Assembly (NCBI RefSeq): GCF_006345805.1
Contig: NC_043025.1
Coordinates: 13,330,001-13,394,000, forward strand
Direction of reading: 5' to 3'
DNA from: Octopus sinensis
Taxonomy: Eukaryota
DNA: 64,000 nt
Below are positions 1 through 12,761 of this stretch, piece by piece; within the stretch, counting starts at the first letter, position 1, and each line of letters opens with the position of its first letter. Under the pieces are notes generated by a model that saw only the letters and a program-made list of their open reading frames with translations, did not search any database and was not told the DNA's origin. A program made the position numbers and the translations under genes.

Positions 1-630
1 TGTGTGTGTATGCGGCGTGCGTCTGCTATGTTTGTTTATCAATATCGATAACGCAGCAAATGATTTGAGCTCAAATGCTGGCATTTCATTGGTTAAAATT
101 CGAAGAATTAAACTACGTTAAACTTACAAATTACAATTTTGTTTACAATATTGTTTTCTTTTGACACAATCTACCAGTATACAAAGTTTCAAATTGTTTA
201 GTTAACTAGAAAAGAAATATATACATGTGAACGTTTATGAATTGTGAAATAAACTCTCTCTTCAATGGTTTATTGGTTTTCTGCAGAATAAGGCCTCGAT
301 TTCTTTGAATTCACAGTTAACAAGGGTCCCACCATTTTCTGGTAGGTTCTTTCATTTTAATACTTTATCCACCATGTTACATTTTTTTTTTATTGCCATT
401 TTATTCCATTTCATTTAATTAGCTCCTTTATTATCGTCCCAGTTGCCCTGTTTTATTGCCACAATTTCTTTTTAAAATTTCTTTTATGACCAATCTTATT
501 AAATATTCTGTTTAACTATTTCACAAGTTATTTTATTACCAGGTTTTATTTGCTTCTGTTAGCTACACACGTACAAAGAACTTCAGTGTCATTAATATCA
601 CTATCCGTTTGCCTAGAAAGAAATATCTAA

Positions 631-845
631 GGCGGCCAGCAGGCAGAATCATTAGCACAGCGGTAAAAATGCATAGCAGCATTTCGCCTGTTTTTACGTT
701 CTGAGTTCAAATTCTGCCAAGGTCGATTTTGCCTTTTATCCTCACGGGGTCAATGAATTAAGTACCAGTGAAATATCTGGGCCAATGTAATGGACTAGTC
801 TTCTCCCCACAAATTTCGGACCTTGTGTCTATAGTAAAAAGGGTT
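631..845 (+). mobile_element. tRNA-derived SINE, family B (Meta-domain-like), diverged
   Basis: tRNA-like head with A/B-box-like GGCAGAATCATTAG...GTTCTGAGTTCAAATTC, then GGTCGATTTTGCCTTTTATCC; homologous to 33114-33705. Confidence 0.75.
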
Positions 846-939
846 ATTATCCCTATCCGTTTCCCTAATTCTCTGCCTAGAAAGAAATATCCAAGGGCCG
901 TTGCTAGAGAGGATTTGCAGCCAAAAAAGAAACAATGTA

Positions 940-1061
940 GGCGCATGAGGGGCTGTGTGGTAAGTAGCTTACTTACAAACCACATGGTTCCAGGTTCAGT
1001 CCCACTGCGTGGCACCTTGGGCAAGTGTCTTCTACTATAGCCTCGGGCCAACCAAAGCCTT
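940..1061 (+). mobile_element. tRNA-derived SINE, family A, 5' half
   Basis: GGCTGTGTGGTAAG...GGTTCAGTCCC...ACCTTGGGCAAGTGTCTT (tRNA head plus CORE-like start); more than 20 copies in window. Confidence 0.85.
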
Positions 1062-1213
1062 TCAGCTTCCGTCTACCAAATCCACTCACAAGGCTTTCGT
1101 CGGTCCAAGGCTATAGTAGAAGACACTTGCCCAAGATACCAAGCTGTGGGACTGAACCCGGAACCATGTGGTTGGTAAACAAGCTACTTACCACACAGCC
1201 ACTCCTATGCCTA
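1061..1213 (-). mobile_element. SINE family A, 5' half, inverted against the preceding copy
   Basis: Reverse complement of the family A head directly abuts the + copy. Confidence 0.85.
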
Positions 1214-1739
1214 TGATGTGTATATATGTGTGTGTATGCATGCGTGTGTACATGTATGTGTGCATGTATAAGTATCTGTGTGTGTGTGTGTACACACACA
1301 CACATGTGGATGTGGTGTATGTGCGTATATACTTGTGTCTGTATATGTTTTTACATGATGTCTTAGCAGTTCAACAAATAGTGATCGACAAAAGTCAGGC
1401 AGTATTACTCAGAGGGCAATATCTCAGGTAAAATTGTTTTCGATATTACTCCAGCATGGCCGCAGTCCAATGGCTGGCTCCAGTAAAACAGCTACGAAAC
1501 CCTCACCATTGTGATTGTAGTTATCTTGTGCCCTTCTCTGTATCTGGACAACATTTTAGCTGCCCCCTAAACCCCCCCCCTCCACTGCCAATGCCCATAA
1601 TTTCTGTCAGTTTCACAAATTATGGATTCAGCCATTTTTGTCATTCTTTTTCTTAGTCTTTGATGACAATGTCGGTCCTCTTGACGTTAACGTTTAACAC
1701 CATTACCTTGCCGGCTCACAGCAGTTGTCATTTCTGTCT

Positions 1740-1740
<1 letters not shown>

Positions 1741-1770
<30 letters not shown>

Positions 1771-2262
1771 TGCATATATACACACACACACGCACACATG
1801 CATATATACACACACACACATGCATATATACACACACACACATGCATATATACACATATACCCACACACAGACACTTACACATGCACACATACATACATA
1901 TACATACATGCACAAACACATATACATGCATATGCATACATGCATAAACACACACACACATATACATACATATACACACACATACAGATACACATGCGCA
2001 CATACATACCATACATACATATACATACATGCATAAGCACACACACACATACGTACATATACATAATATATATATGTGTGTATATCTATGTGTATAAATA
2101 TAGGCATGTGTATATACATATACATTTACAAACACACATGTATGTATTTATATTCATACACACACACCACACACACACACACACACACATGCATATATAC
2201 ACACACACACCACACATGCATATATACACACACACACATGCATATATACACACACACACATG

Positions 2263-2302
<40 letters not shown>

Positions 2303-2680
2303 TACATGCACAAACACACATACATGCATATACATACATGCACAAACACATATACATGCATATGCATACATGCATAAACACACACACACATATACATACA
2401 TATACACACACACACACATATACATACATGCACAAACACACATACATGCATATACATACATGCACAAACACACATACATGCATATACATACATGCACAAA
2501 CACATATACATGCATATGCATACATGCATAAACACACACACACATACGTACATATACATAATATATATATGTGTGTATATCTATGTGTATAAATATAAGC
2601 ATGTGTATATACATATACATTTACAAACACACATGTATGTATTTATATTCATACACACACACACACACACATGTACACAC
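1741..2680. repeat. Complex (CA)/(TA) microsatellite containing a ~120-bp internal duplication (~2048-2165 and ~2543-2660)
   Basis: Direct reading; source of the spurious His/Thr/Tyr-rich ORFs. Confidence 0.9.
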
Positions 2681-3197
2681 GTCCCCCACACACATCTGTC
2701 TCTGTTGCTATGGCATTCATCGAAATTCTTTCAAGTCGACACTTTCTTGTCATTTCGTTTCATTGTTTCCTTAAAAAAGAGACAGATACCCTCCATCCAT
2801 GCCCTCCACTTCGAGCAACAGCAAAGATGAGAAACCCACATCTTTACTGATAACTTTATTGAAGCCTTGAAGCCATATTATCTTTGGCACTTCTCATATT
2901 TTCTTTTTGCTCTTTTGGTATGATTCCAAAGTTTGCCAAGAGCAGAAAACAAGAAGAAGCACAACCACACGCTATGCTCCGCTGTCATTCTTTCATAATG
3001 GTTTGCACAGTTCCTGGCTAATGACGTCGTTCCTCCATATCTGGCTATCATTTAAGACCCGTGTTAAGGCAGTTCGAACAGGGTGTTTGTTAACGTAAGA
3101 TCCTTTAAACCTCCCAACACTGCAGATTTTCCAGTACCATATTTTGCCATAACATTTGGCCAAACCTTCAATAGGAGCTTTGAGTAACTCAAATCTT

Positions 3198-3740
3198 CAT
3201 CATCATCATCGTTTAATGTCTGCTTTCCATGCTGGCATGGGTTGGACGATTTGAGTGAGGACTGGCGAACCAGATGGCTGTACCAGGCTCCAATCTTGAT
3301 CTGGCAGAGTTTCTACAGCTGGGTGCCCTTCCTAATGCCAACCACTCCGAGAGTGCAGTGGGTGCTTTTATGTGCCACCAGCACGAGGGCCGGTCAGGCA
3401 GCACTAGCAACGGCCATACTCAAATGGTGGTTTTCATGTGCCACCTGTGTGGGAGCCAGTCCAGCGGCACTGCAACATCATCGTTTAACGTCCGCTTTCC
3501 ATGCTGGCATGGGTTGAACGATTTGACTGACGACTGGCGAACCAGATGGCTGCACCAGGCTCCAGTCTTGATCTGGCAGAGTTTCTACAGCTGGGTGCCC
3601 TTCCTAACGCCAACCACTCCACGAGTGTAGTGCCAGTCAGGCGGTACTGGCAACGGCCATGCTCAAATGGTGCTTTTTACATGCCACCTGCATGGGAGCC
3701 AGTCCAGTGGCACTACATCATCATCATTTAACATCCACGA
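3198..3740 (-). mobile_element. Tandem RTE-type LINE 3' UTR fragments with (GAT)n tails
   Basis: (CAT)n-CGTTTAACGTCCGCTTTCCATGCTGGCATGGGTTG is the reverse complement of the 3' end that follows the RTE ORF terminus at 52560-53261. Confidence 0.8.
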
Positions 3741-4320
3741 GCAACATGTAACACAAAACCCTTTCAGGACATCAATTCTGTTAATGATTTTATCATCAAT
3801 AACGCAAAGCGCCGAAGAGAGTTCTGTGAAACAGAAGTTCAAGTAGAAGAACCTCCAAGATTAAATCGAAGGTCAAGAAGATAAATTGAGGACCATTTTT
3901 AAGTCACAACCTTTTCAAGTCGGTGCAAAAATTAGAAGGAAATAATATAAACAAAACACGCGGCATTTTAAGATGGAGATGATAATGTGGACAGGAACAC
4001 ATTTGCGGTACTTTAATGTGAGAAAAATTATTTTAAACGACTTCCAAGTAGTAAATTCTCACGCAGCCGAGAAGCAATATCAGAAGCACTTGGCAGTTCA
4101 TCAGGTGCAGATACCCTTGGAGAAATAACGAGATAAGCGTAAAAGTGTGATAGAAAGAATTTTTGAAAAGTTCTTGGTGTAAGTGCCATTTACATTGAAG
4201 TACCTAAATGCAGAAGAAAGAAAAAAACGGCGTAGCACTGCAGGAACTGTGACCTGTCAGTGCAGAGTGGCAGCCACGCAACCTAGAGAGACTCTTTGAT
4301 CTCTGAACTGTGCACTCGGT

Positions 4321-4697
4321 TGGATAATGGCCATGCTCAAATGGTGGTTTTTATGTGCCACCTGTGTGGGAGACAGTCCAGCGGCATTGCATCATCATTG
4401 TTTAACGTCCGCTTTCCATACTAGCATGGGTTGGGCGGTTTGACTAAGGACTGGCAAACCAGATGGCTGCACCAGGCCCCAATCTTGATCTGGTAGAGTT
4501 TCTACAGCTGGATGCCTTTCCTAACGCCAACCACTCCGAGACTGTAGTGGGTGATTTTATGTGCCATCAGCACGAGGGCCGGTCAGGCGGCACTAGCAAC
4601 GGCCATACTCAAATGGTGGTTTTTATGTGCCACCTGCGCGGGAGCCAGTCCAGCGGCACTGCATCATCATCATTTAACATACAATTTCCATGCTGGA
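4321..4697 (-). mobile_element. RTE-type 3' UTR fragments
   Basis: Same family as 3198-3740. Confidence 0.75.
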
Positions 4698-4877
4698 AGG
4701 CACATGGCTCAGTGGTTAGAGCGTCAGGCTTACAATCATGAGGTAGTGAGTTCAACTCCCAGCCCTGGCTGTGTGTTGTGTTCTTGAGCAAGACACTTTA
4801 TTTCACGTTGCTGCAGTTCACTCAGCTCTAGAAATGAGTTGTGACATCACTGGCGCCAGGCTGTATCGGCCCCTTTG
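4696..4877 (+). mobile_element. tRNA-derived SINE, family C, 5' part
   Basis: GGCTCAGTGGTTAGAGCG (A box) ... GAGTTCAACTC (B box) ... CTTGAGCAAGACAC; homologues at 34079 and 54831. Confidence 0.8.
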
Positions 4878-4879
4878 AG

Positions 4880-4948
4880 ATTATTTGGAGGAATCCTATT
4901 TTGGCCGCTTGCATTCGGGATCCTACTCTTTCGTTCACCACTCATCTC
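4880..4948 (-). mobile_element. Small RTE ORF fragment
   Basis: Minus frame reads VVNERVGSRMQAAKIGFLQI, resembling the RTE post-RT motif R.RSRxQAAEMxFLR. Confidence 0.45.
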
Positions 4949-5043
4949 AAAAAACATCTCTGAAGGTATAGACTTAGTTGTCTTAGATATAGACTTAGTT
5001 GTCTTGGAAATACAGGGTTTGCAGTCTGTACTAAAGGGTTAAC

Positions 5044-5291
5044 GAAAAGCTCTATCTGCGACGATTTCATCTCAATCGAAGGAGAAGGGCTTTCTCCGTC
5101 CGGGTTGTGGATCCGTGGAATAAGCTGCAGGACGAGATGGTGAAGATGCCGACGACCGCTTGGTTCAAAGCCTCTCTTGACCAGAAATGGCCTGAACTCT
5201 TTACATGAACACCACCCTGTACATAACTCCATGTCCCCCTACATGACCTTGCTTTTTTGCTTTTTGAGCCAAAAAATTAACTTAACTTAAC
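5044..5291 (+). mobile_element. CR1-clade LINE 3' fragment
   Basis: Encodes EKLYLRRFHLNRRRRAFSVRVVDPWNKL..., with a (TTAAC)n tail; homologous to 38597-39171. Confidence 0.85.
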
Positions 5292-5310
5292 ACACACACA
5301 CACACACACA

Positions 5311-5556
5311 GAAAAGCTCTATCTGCAACGATTTCATCTCAATTGAAGGAGAGGGGCTTTCTCTGTCCGGGTTGCGGATCCGTGGAATAAGCTGCCGGAC
5401 GAGATGGTGAAGATGCCGACGACCGCTCGGTTCAAAGTCTCCCTTGACCACAAGTGGCCTGAACTCTTTACATGAACACCACCCTGTACATTACTCCATG
5501 TCCCCCTACATGGCCTTGCTTTTTGCTTTTTGAGCCAAAAAATTAACTAACTAACT
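5311..5556 (+). mobile_element. CR1-clade LINE 3' fragment, second copy
   Basis: Same 5' truncation point (GAAAAGCTCT) as the previous copy; (TAAC)n tail. Confidence 0.85.
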
Positions 5557-5925
5557 ACGAGACAAGAGCAAAAATATTTTCATAAATCTTCAGACATCCT
5601 GTATTTGGACTGAAACACAAAGATAAGCAGGTGAAAGACACTAAAGTCGTTCAGCCACGACATATATAAGAGCTACACAATAACTAGAGATCACTGGTTG
5701 TCTGCCAAGACTTCCCAGAAATCAGGCGACATGGTTGAGAATATTATTTGTGATTGAGTGTGTGTTGTTAGCTTTTGACTAGTTTGTTGTTTTGGTGCCT
5801 CTGGGAATTTGTTACTCTGTCAGGGCTGCTGTTAAGAAAATAACATACTTGATTATTAATGAGCCAACAACCATACATACATACATATATACATACATAC
5901 ATACGTATATACATACATACATACA

Positions 5926-6150
5926 TACAAAGCTGAAGATCAGTGAAAAAGAGAACACTTATGCTGAACTATTGAAAAATCTGCAGTTATTCTATCCAGA
6001 TTACAAGTTCAGGTTTATACCTGTAATTATTGGGGCCCTGGGATGTGTAACACACTGCCTAAATACCAATCTTGAGAAATTAGGATTCTCTAAATCAGAA
6101 AGGAGAAAGGTAATTTGAAGACTACAGATCCAATCCATCACTGGAACTTT
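5926..6150 (+). mobile_element. Non-LTR retrotransposon fragment, restriction-like endonuclease C-terminus (R4/Dong-like)
   Basis: KISEKENTYAELLKNLQLFYPDYKFRFIPVIIGALGCV...LEKLGF...*RLQIQSITGT matches the K..KY..L...PxxIGALG pattern; in-frame stop. Confidence 0.6.
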
Positions 6151-6174
6151 AAAAAAAAATTCTTTTACTTTTTT

Positions 6175-6487
6175 TTACTATTTTACTTGTTTCAGTCATT
6201 TGACTGTGGCCATGCTGGAGCACCGCCTTTAGTCAAGCAAATCGACCCCATGACTTATTCTTTGTAAGCCTAGTACTTATTCTACCGGTCTTTTTTGTCG
6301 AACCGCTAAGTTACAGGGACGTAAACACACCAGCATCGGTTGTCAAGCAATGTTGGGGGGACAAACACAGACACACAAACATACACACACACACACATAT
6401 AAGTTCTGGGGTCAATTTGCTCAACTAAAAGGGGGTGCTCCAGCATGTCCACAGTCAAATGACTGAAACATGTAAAAGAGTAAAGAG
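6175..6487 (-). mobile_element. SINE family A 3' half followed by an inverted copy of its own tail (6407-6487, +)
   Basis: Tail GCTCCAGCATGGCC.CAGTCAAATGACTGAAAC present in both orientations. Confidence 0.75.
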
Positions 6488-6649
6488 TATATATATACAT
6501 ACACAACACCACATATGCATGTCCTTACCCTACATGTCAAGTCTCTGACCATAATTGGCATTAATTGGTTGGGGAATAGGGGAGGAGGGAGAGCGGATGG
6601 GGGGGTTTGTTCCTGTCTTTTCCTCCTGGTTCTTTTGTATGCCTTCTAC

Positions 6650-6723
6650 TACTGTATATATAAACATACATATATATACGTTTATGTATGTGTGTATTCA
6701 TACTACATACGTACGTGCATACA

Positions 6724-6781
<58 letters not shown>

Positions 6782-7040
6782 GTTGTTATATATATATGTT
6801 TGTATATATATATGTATGTATATATATATATGTATGTATATATGTGTGTGTATATATATGTGTATATATATATGTGTGTATATATATATATGTAAATATA
6901 TATATATGTATGTATATATATATATATGTGTGTATATATATATGTGTATATATATGTGTATGTATATATATATATGTGTGTATGTATATATATATATGTA
7001 TATGTATAAATAATATATATATATGTGTGTGTGTATGTAT

Positions 7041-7084
<44 letters not shown>

Positions 7085-7132
7085 AAATAATATATATATG
7101 TGTGTGTGTGTATGTATGTATGTATGTATGTA

Positions 7133-7177
<45 letters not shown>

Positions 7178-7220
7178 GTGTGTGCATATATTTATGTATA
7201 TGTGTGTGTATGTACGTGTC
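6650..7220. repeat. (TA)/(TG)/(TACA) microsatellite
   Basis: Direct reading. Confidence 0.95.
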
Positions 7221-7463
7221 ACATAGGTAGTGGTGTGGTTCAGTCAAGTAGGATGTGGGTAGCAAGAACCACTTGTGTCTGTGCAAATGGTTGACTGTCA
7301 AAGCAGTCCTTAACTAAAACGAATTACTTTTTGCTAAAGACTTTACTTAGTAATTTGGTTTAATGCTTTTTTTGAATATCTTAAGTTCCATTTGTTATTC
7401 TGTGAACGTTGATGAGATAAAAATTAAGGTTTGAAAAGTAAAATCAAGCCACAAAGTTTTTAA

Positions 7464-7801
7464 CCCTTTAGCTATATCCGGCTCAAATATTCTACTCATT
7501 TTATGCTCAAACTGGCCAGAACCAGCATCTCATACCTACCCTGCAATGTCATTCTAAAAATAAACAATTACATCTTTCAAATCTTGAAGCTACAAGATAA
7601 TACCAGATTAATTTTTTAAAATGTAAATGAAGTGGCTGTGTGGTAAGTAGCTTGCTAACCAACCACATGGTTCCGGGTTCAGTCCCACTGCGTGGCACCT
7701 TGGGCAAGTGTCTTCTGCTATAGCCCCGGGCCGACCAATGCCTTGTGAGTGGATTTGGTAGACGGAAACTGAAAGAAGCCCGTCGTATATATGTATATAT
7801 A

Positions 7802-7833
<32 letters not shown>

Positions 7834-8079
7834 TTGTCCCCCTAGCATTGCTTGACAACCGATGCTGGTGTGTTTACGTCCCCGTCACTTAGCGGTTCGG
7901 CAAAAGAGACCGATAGAATAAGTACTGGGCTTACAAAGAATAAGTCCTGGGGGTTGATTTGCTCAACTAAAGGTGGTGCTCCAGCATGGCCGCAGTCAAA
8001 TGACTGAAACAAGTAAAAGAGTAAAAAGAGTAAAGAGAATAAGGATTACTTTTGACATATTAATTCGAACGCTAAAGGG
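7464..8079. mobile_element. piggyBac-type MITE interrupted by a family A SINE
   Basis: TTAA|CCCTTTAGC ... GCTAAAGGG|TTAA; homologous to the uninterrupted copy at 41710-41930. Confidence 0.75.
7631..8037 (+). mobile_element. SINE family A, near full length
   Basis: Head, (TA)(TG) linker, 3' half and (GTAAAAGA)n tail. Confidence 0.9.
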
Positions 8080-9477
8080 TTAATGTGGCCATCTTTGCTT
8101 GTCTTTTATTTATTCTGATCTTTTCTGTTTGGTTCACACTTTTAAATTCCTTCAGTTTTGTTGCTATTGATTTCAAACTTGGTGTATTTGTGTAGTTTTA
8201 TATGCTAATTTATGGGAGTGAAATTCATTTTAGCCATAAATTTATAAATAAAGAGTCAGTAGCTTTTAAAGTTTGTAAATTTTGGGTAATTTTAGCCAAT
8301 CGAAAGCCAGAGGCATTTTAGTGCCTGTTTCCATAGTAACACACCAAGGTATTATCTGCTTCACCTGGCAGTTATTTTTAATTACTGTCCTGTCGCTACC
8401 TCATTTTCATAATTTTGGAACTGTTTTCCTGGACATTTCTACTATAGCCTCGGGCCGACCAAAGCCTTGTGAGTGGATTTGGTAGACGGAAACTGAAAAA
8501 AGCCCATCGTATATGTGTGTGTGTGTACATGTGTATATATGTTTGTGTGTCTGTGTTTGTCCCCCCAACATCACTTGACAACCGATGCCGGTGTGCTTAC
8601 GTCCCCGTAACTTAGCGGTTCGGCAAAAGAGACCGATAGAATAAGAACTAGGCTTACAAAGAGTAAGTCCTGGGGGTCGATTTGCTCGACTAAAGGCGGT
8701 GCTCCAGCACGGCCACAGTCAAATGACTGAAACAAGTAAAAGAGTAAAAAGAGTAAAGAGAATAAGGATTACTTTTGACATATTAATTCGAACGCTAAAG
8801 GGTTAATGGGGCCATCTTTGCTTGTCTTTTATTTATTCTGATCTTTTCTGTTTGGTTCACACTTTTAAATTCCTTCAGTTTTGTTGCTATTGATTTCAAA
8901 CTTGGTGTATTTGTGTAGTTTTATATGCTAATTTATGGGAGTGAAATTCATTTTAGCCATAAATTTATAAATAAAGAGTCAGTAGCTTTTAAAGTTTGTA
9001 AATTTTGGGTAATTTTAGCCAATCGAAAGCCAGAGGCATTTTAGTGCCTGTTTCCATAGTAACACACCAAGGTATTATCTGCTTCACCTGGCAGTTATTT
9101 TTAATTACTGTCCTGTCGCTACCTCATTTTCATAATTTTGGAACTGTTTTCCTGGACATTTCTACTATAGCCTCGGGCCGACCAAAGCCTTGTGAGTGGA
9201 TTTGGTAGACGGAAACTGAAAAAAGCCCATCGTATATGTGTGTGTGTGTACATGTGTATATATGTTTGTGTGTCTGTGTTTGTCCCCCCAACATCACTTG
9301 ACAACCGATGCCGGTGTGCTTACGTCCCCATAACTTAGCGGTTCGGCAAAAGAGACCGATAGAATAAGAACTAGGCTTACAAAGAGTAAGTCCTGGGGGT
9401 CGATTTGCTCGACTAAAGGCGGTGCTCCAGCACGGCCACAGTCAAATGACTGAAACAAGTAAAAGAGTAAAAGAGTC
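8037..9477 (+). repeat. 723-bp near-identical tandem duplication (MITE end + unique segment + 5'-truncated SINE A at 8437-8760 and 9160-9477)
   Basis: Identical ORF calls at 8282/9005 and 8396/9119 give a period of 723. Confidence 0.9.
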
Positions 9478-9621
9478 ATAACATTATTGAAACCTCAAAG
9501 CCGTGAGATAATCCATGATTAATTCAAAACAATGTGAATAACGAAGCATTACATTTGACTGGGTAATCTGGATATTAAGGCTTAAGTCAAGGTTTTATCC
9601 CAAAAGCTATCGTTAATTTAA

Positions 9622-9842
9622 CCCTTTTGATACCAACCTGGTTGAAACCACCTCTGGCTCTTTAGTACAAATGTCTTGTTTTCATAAGTTCTGAATTAAA
9701 ATCTTCCACCAAACCTTAGTCACAATTTATGTTCCTAACACTAGCTGAATGATAACTAAGTTATTTTACTAAATTCTTTGTTGTATTTAAAGTAATTGAA
9801 AGAAACACAGAGCATCTCAACACAAATATGGCAACAAAAGGG
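9622..9842. mobile_element. piggyBac-type MITE
   Basis: TTAA|CCCTTTTG ... CAAAAGGG|TTAA. Confidence 0.8.
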
Positions 9843-9873
9843 TTAAGATATATAATAGAGAATCAATTCTTAA

Positions 9874-10095
9874 CCCTTTTGATACCAACCTGGTTGAAAC
9901 CACCTCTGGCTCTGTAGTACAAATGTCTTGTTTTCATAAGTTTTGAATTAAAACCTTCCACGAAACCTTAGTCACAATTTATGTTCCTAACACTAGCTGA
10001 ATGAAAACTAAGTTATTTTACTAAATTCTTTGTTATATTTAAAATTAATTAAAAGAAACACAGAGCATCTCAAAATAAATACAGTAACGAAAGGG
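9874..10095. mobile_element. piggyBac-type MITE, second copy
   Basis: TTAA|CCCTTTTG ... CGAAAGGG|TTAA; similar along its length to 9622-9842. Confidence 0.8.
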
Positions 10096-10235
10096 TTAAA
10101 GCCGCTGTTTTTATTTAAGAAATATAACACAGTGGCTAAGTTCCTTTTGAGCGTTGGGCCTCACGGAGACAATGACCAAGACCTTTGGCATTATGTTGTG
10201 TTTGAGAAGTCCCATCAAGCCAAGAAAAGTTGCAG

Positions 10236-10810
10236 TTGTGGCAGATACTGGTGTCACGCAAATGGCACCTGTGCCGGTGGCTCAAAAAAGTGGTTGGCAT
10301 TAGGAAGAGCATCCAGCCATAGAAAACCATGCCCAAATCAAACTGGAGCCTGGTGCAGCCTTCCAGCGTGCCAGCCAAGTAAAACCGTCCAACCTATGCC
10401 AGCATGGACAATGGACGTTAAATGATGATGGTGGTGGTGGTGGCGATGATGATGGTGGTGATGATGATGATGGTGGTGGTAGTGGTGATGATGGTGGTGG
10501 TGGTGATGATGATGGTGGTGGTAGTGGTGATGATGGTGGTGGTGGTTGTGGTGTTGATGGTGGTGGTGGTAGTGGTGATGATGGTGGTGGTGGTAGTGGT
10601 GATGATGGTGGTGGTGGTAGTGATGGTGGTGGTGGTAGTGGTGATGATGGTGGTGGTAGTGGTGATGATGGTGGTGGTAGTAGTGGTGATGGTGGTGGTA
10701 GTGGTGGTAGTGGTGGTGGATGTGGCTGTAGTACTGGTAGTGGTTGTATTGGTAGTGTTGATAGTAGTGGTAGTGGTGACTGCCGTGTGGTGGTGGTGGT
10801 TGCAGTTGTA
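10236..10810 (+). mobile_element. RTE 3' end whose (GAT)n tail has expanded into a ~390-bp (GAT/GGT/AGT)n microsatellite
   Basis: ...ATGGACGTTAAATGATGATGGTGG...; source of the poly-His, poly-Val and poly-Pro ORFs. Confidence 0.8.
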
Positions 10811-11143
10811 GCCGAGGTGCTAAGGACATTTGCTTGCAAAACAGTTGTGCATAATTAATTAACTTATTAGGAGACATTTTATACAGTCCGCTAATAAGCA
10901 GACATTTAGCTTTAGAGAAGTATTTAATTAGACATATTTAATTAAACAAATATTTAATTTGGCAAACAAATAAACAGGTAAGTCTTAGTAATTTTTCAGA
11001 ATGGCTTCCGGAATATTTTTGGTAAAAAGAAAGAAATAGTCGCAGGAATGGCCGGGTGGTAAGAAGCTGTCTTCCCAACCACATTTTGGAATTGGTGAAT
11101 GAACAGGTTGCCATAATGTGTTTGAAAAATAATTTGGTATACA

Positions 11144-11491
11144 TTTACTATTTTACTTGTTTCAGTCATTTGACTGCGGCCATGCTGGAGCACCGCCTTT
11201 AATCGAGCAACTCGACCCAGGGACTTATTCTTTTTGTAAGCCCAGTACTTATTCTATCGGTCTCTTTTGCCGAACCACTAAGTAACGGGGACAAACACAG
11301 ACACACAAACACACACACGCACATATATATACATATATACGACGGGATTCTTTCAGTTTCCGTCTACCAAATCCACTCACAAGGCTTTGGTCGGCCCGGG
11401 GCTATAGCAGAAGACACTTGCCCAAGGTGCCATGCAGTGGGACTGAACCCGGAACCATGTGGTTGGTAAACAAGCTACTTACCACACAGCC
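11144..11491 (-). mobile_element. SINE family A
   Basis: Reverse complement of family A, with an internal deletion. Confidence 0.9.
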
Positions 11492-11498
11492 TGACTTT

Positions 11499-11649
11499 GG
11501 TCGACTTTGCCTTTCATCCTTTCGGGGTCGATTAAATAAGTACCAGTTACGTACTGGGGTTGATATAATCGACTTAATCCGTTTGTCTGTCTTTCTTTGT
11601 CCCCTCTGTGTTTAGCCCCTTGTGGGTAGTAAAGAAATAGGTATTTCGT
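11499..11649 (+). mobile_element. SINE family B 3' part ending in the multimer junction AAAGAAATA|GGTATTTCG
   Basis: Matches the 184-bp unit of 33114-33705. Confidence 0.8.
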
Positions 11650-12679
11650 TTGTCTATCTATCTATCTTTCTACCTGTCTGTCTGTCTATCTATCTATCTG
11701 TCTGTCTGTCTGTCTATCTATCTCTCTACCTGTCTATCTATCTATCTTTCTACCTGTCTATTTGTCTATCTACCTATTTGTCTCAGTCCTGTTTCACCAC
11801 ACTCTCCAGTCTTACCAGTAACTTGGTTCTGCTTTGTGATACTTGCCTCTCAATCATAACCGAGCGAGGCTGTAGATACACAACAAGGCACCCGACCTTC
11901 CCCTTCCCCCAACCAACGCCATGCTCTTCACCATCTTCCTTCCTTGTTTATTTCTAAATGTTGTTCAACCCCATCCATTGTGGCCTTCCTGCACCTCCAA
12001 GGGAATTATCTAAAACTGGTGTACTGTTTCATTGATAACACAGTTTGGGTCTCTGCCTAAGCTTTATCGACATCACAGCGAAACAGAGAAAGCCTTATTC
12101 TGTCAAGTCTACATCTCTCCTCGACAGACTGTCGTATTGTCTATTGATCTGATGAGGAGACTGACACTGGTCGGCTCACACGACTATGATAACATTGTTT
12201 TATCTCTGCTATTAAGTTATGAGGTTCCGATGATGTGATGGAGATAGAAGCAACTTGCCTCTCACATGGTTTATATTTCACGCTCGCTTCTCGTTGGTTG
12301 GGTGGGAAGATGTGTTCAATTATTTATCTCTCTGCTGGTCACGAGAGACAGAGAGAGACGGAAGCAAGTGATGGAGAGATGAAGTGAGTGATGGAGAGAT
12401 GAAGCGAGTGATGGGGAGACGTGGGTTGGGTTGGTGGATAAGGATTCTGGGGATTCCATTCTCACAGCTAGCATTGTACTGGATCAAATCTACCTGACTT
12501 TTGAAAGGAAACAAATTTATAATTCATTTTACATTCTCCAACTGCAAATTCCAGAAATGCTAATCAGATTTTCTGCTGTCATTCGGTTCCAGTTTCCACC
12601 AGGAACATCTTTAGAGACTCAAAGTTATTCAGACATTTATGCTAAACTCATAGTGATGTCTCTTGCTTCGTTCATACGA

Positions 12680-12729
12680 TCTGTCTGTCTGTCTCTACCT
12701 ATCTATCTGTCTGTTTGCATGTCTATCTA

Positions 12730-12761
<32 letters not shown>

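Noticed and set aside
1660-2830. His/Thr/Tyr- and Cys/Val-rich ORFs (also at 6.5-7.3, 25, 28.5, 36 and 49 kb)
   Set aside because: Dinucleotide and tetranucleotide microsatellite translations on both strands.
7631-7720. tRNA genes at SINE heads
   Set aside because: A/B boxes are present, but each continues into a SINE body and I could not form a full cloverleaf; no true tRNA gene is called.
10300-10877. Poly-His, poly-Pro and poly-Val ORFs
   Set aside because: Translation of an expanded (GAT/GGT)n RTE tail.
12149-12195. CTGATGAGGAG...CTC as a hammerhead
   Set aside because: No GAAA after the putative stem II and no stem I complement.
11940-12660. Unique island as a possible exon
   Set aside because: No recognisable domain, and no convincing acceptor/donor pair around an open frame.
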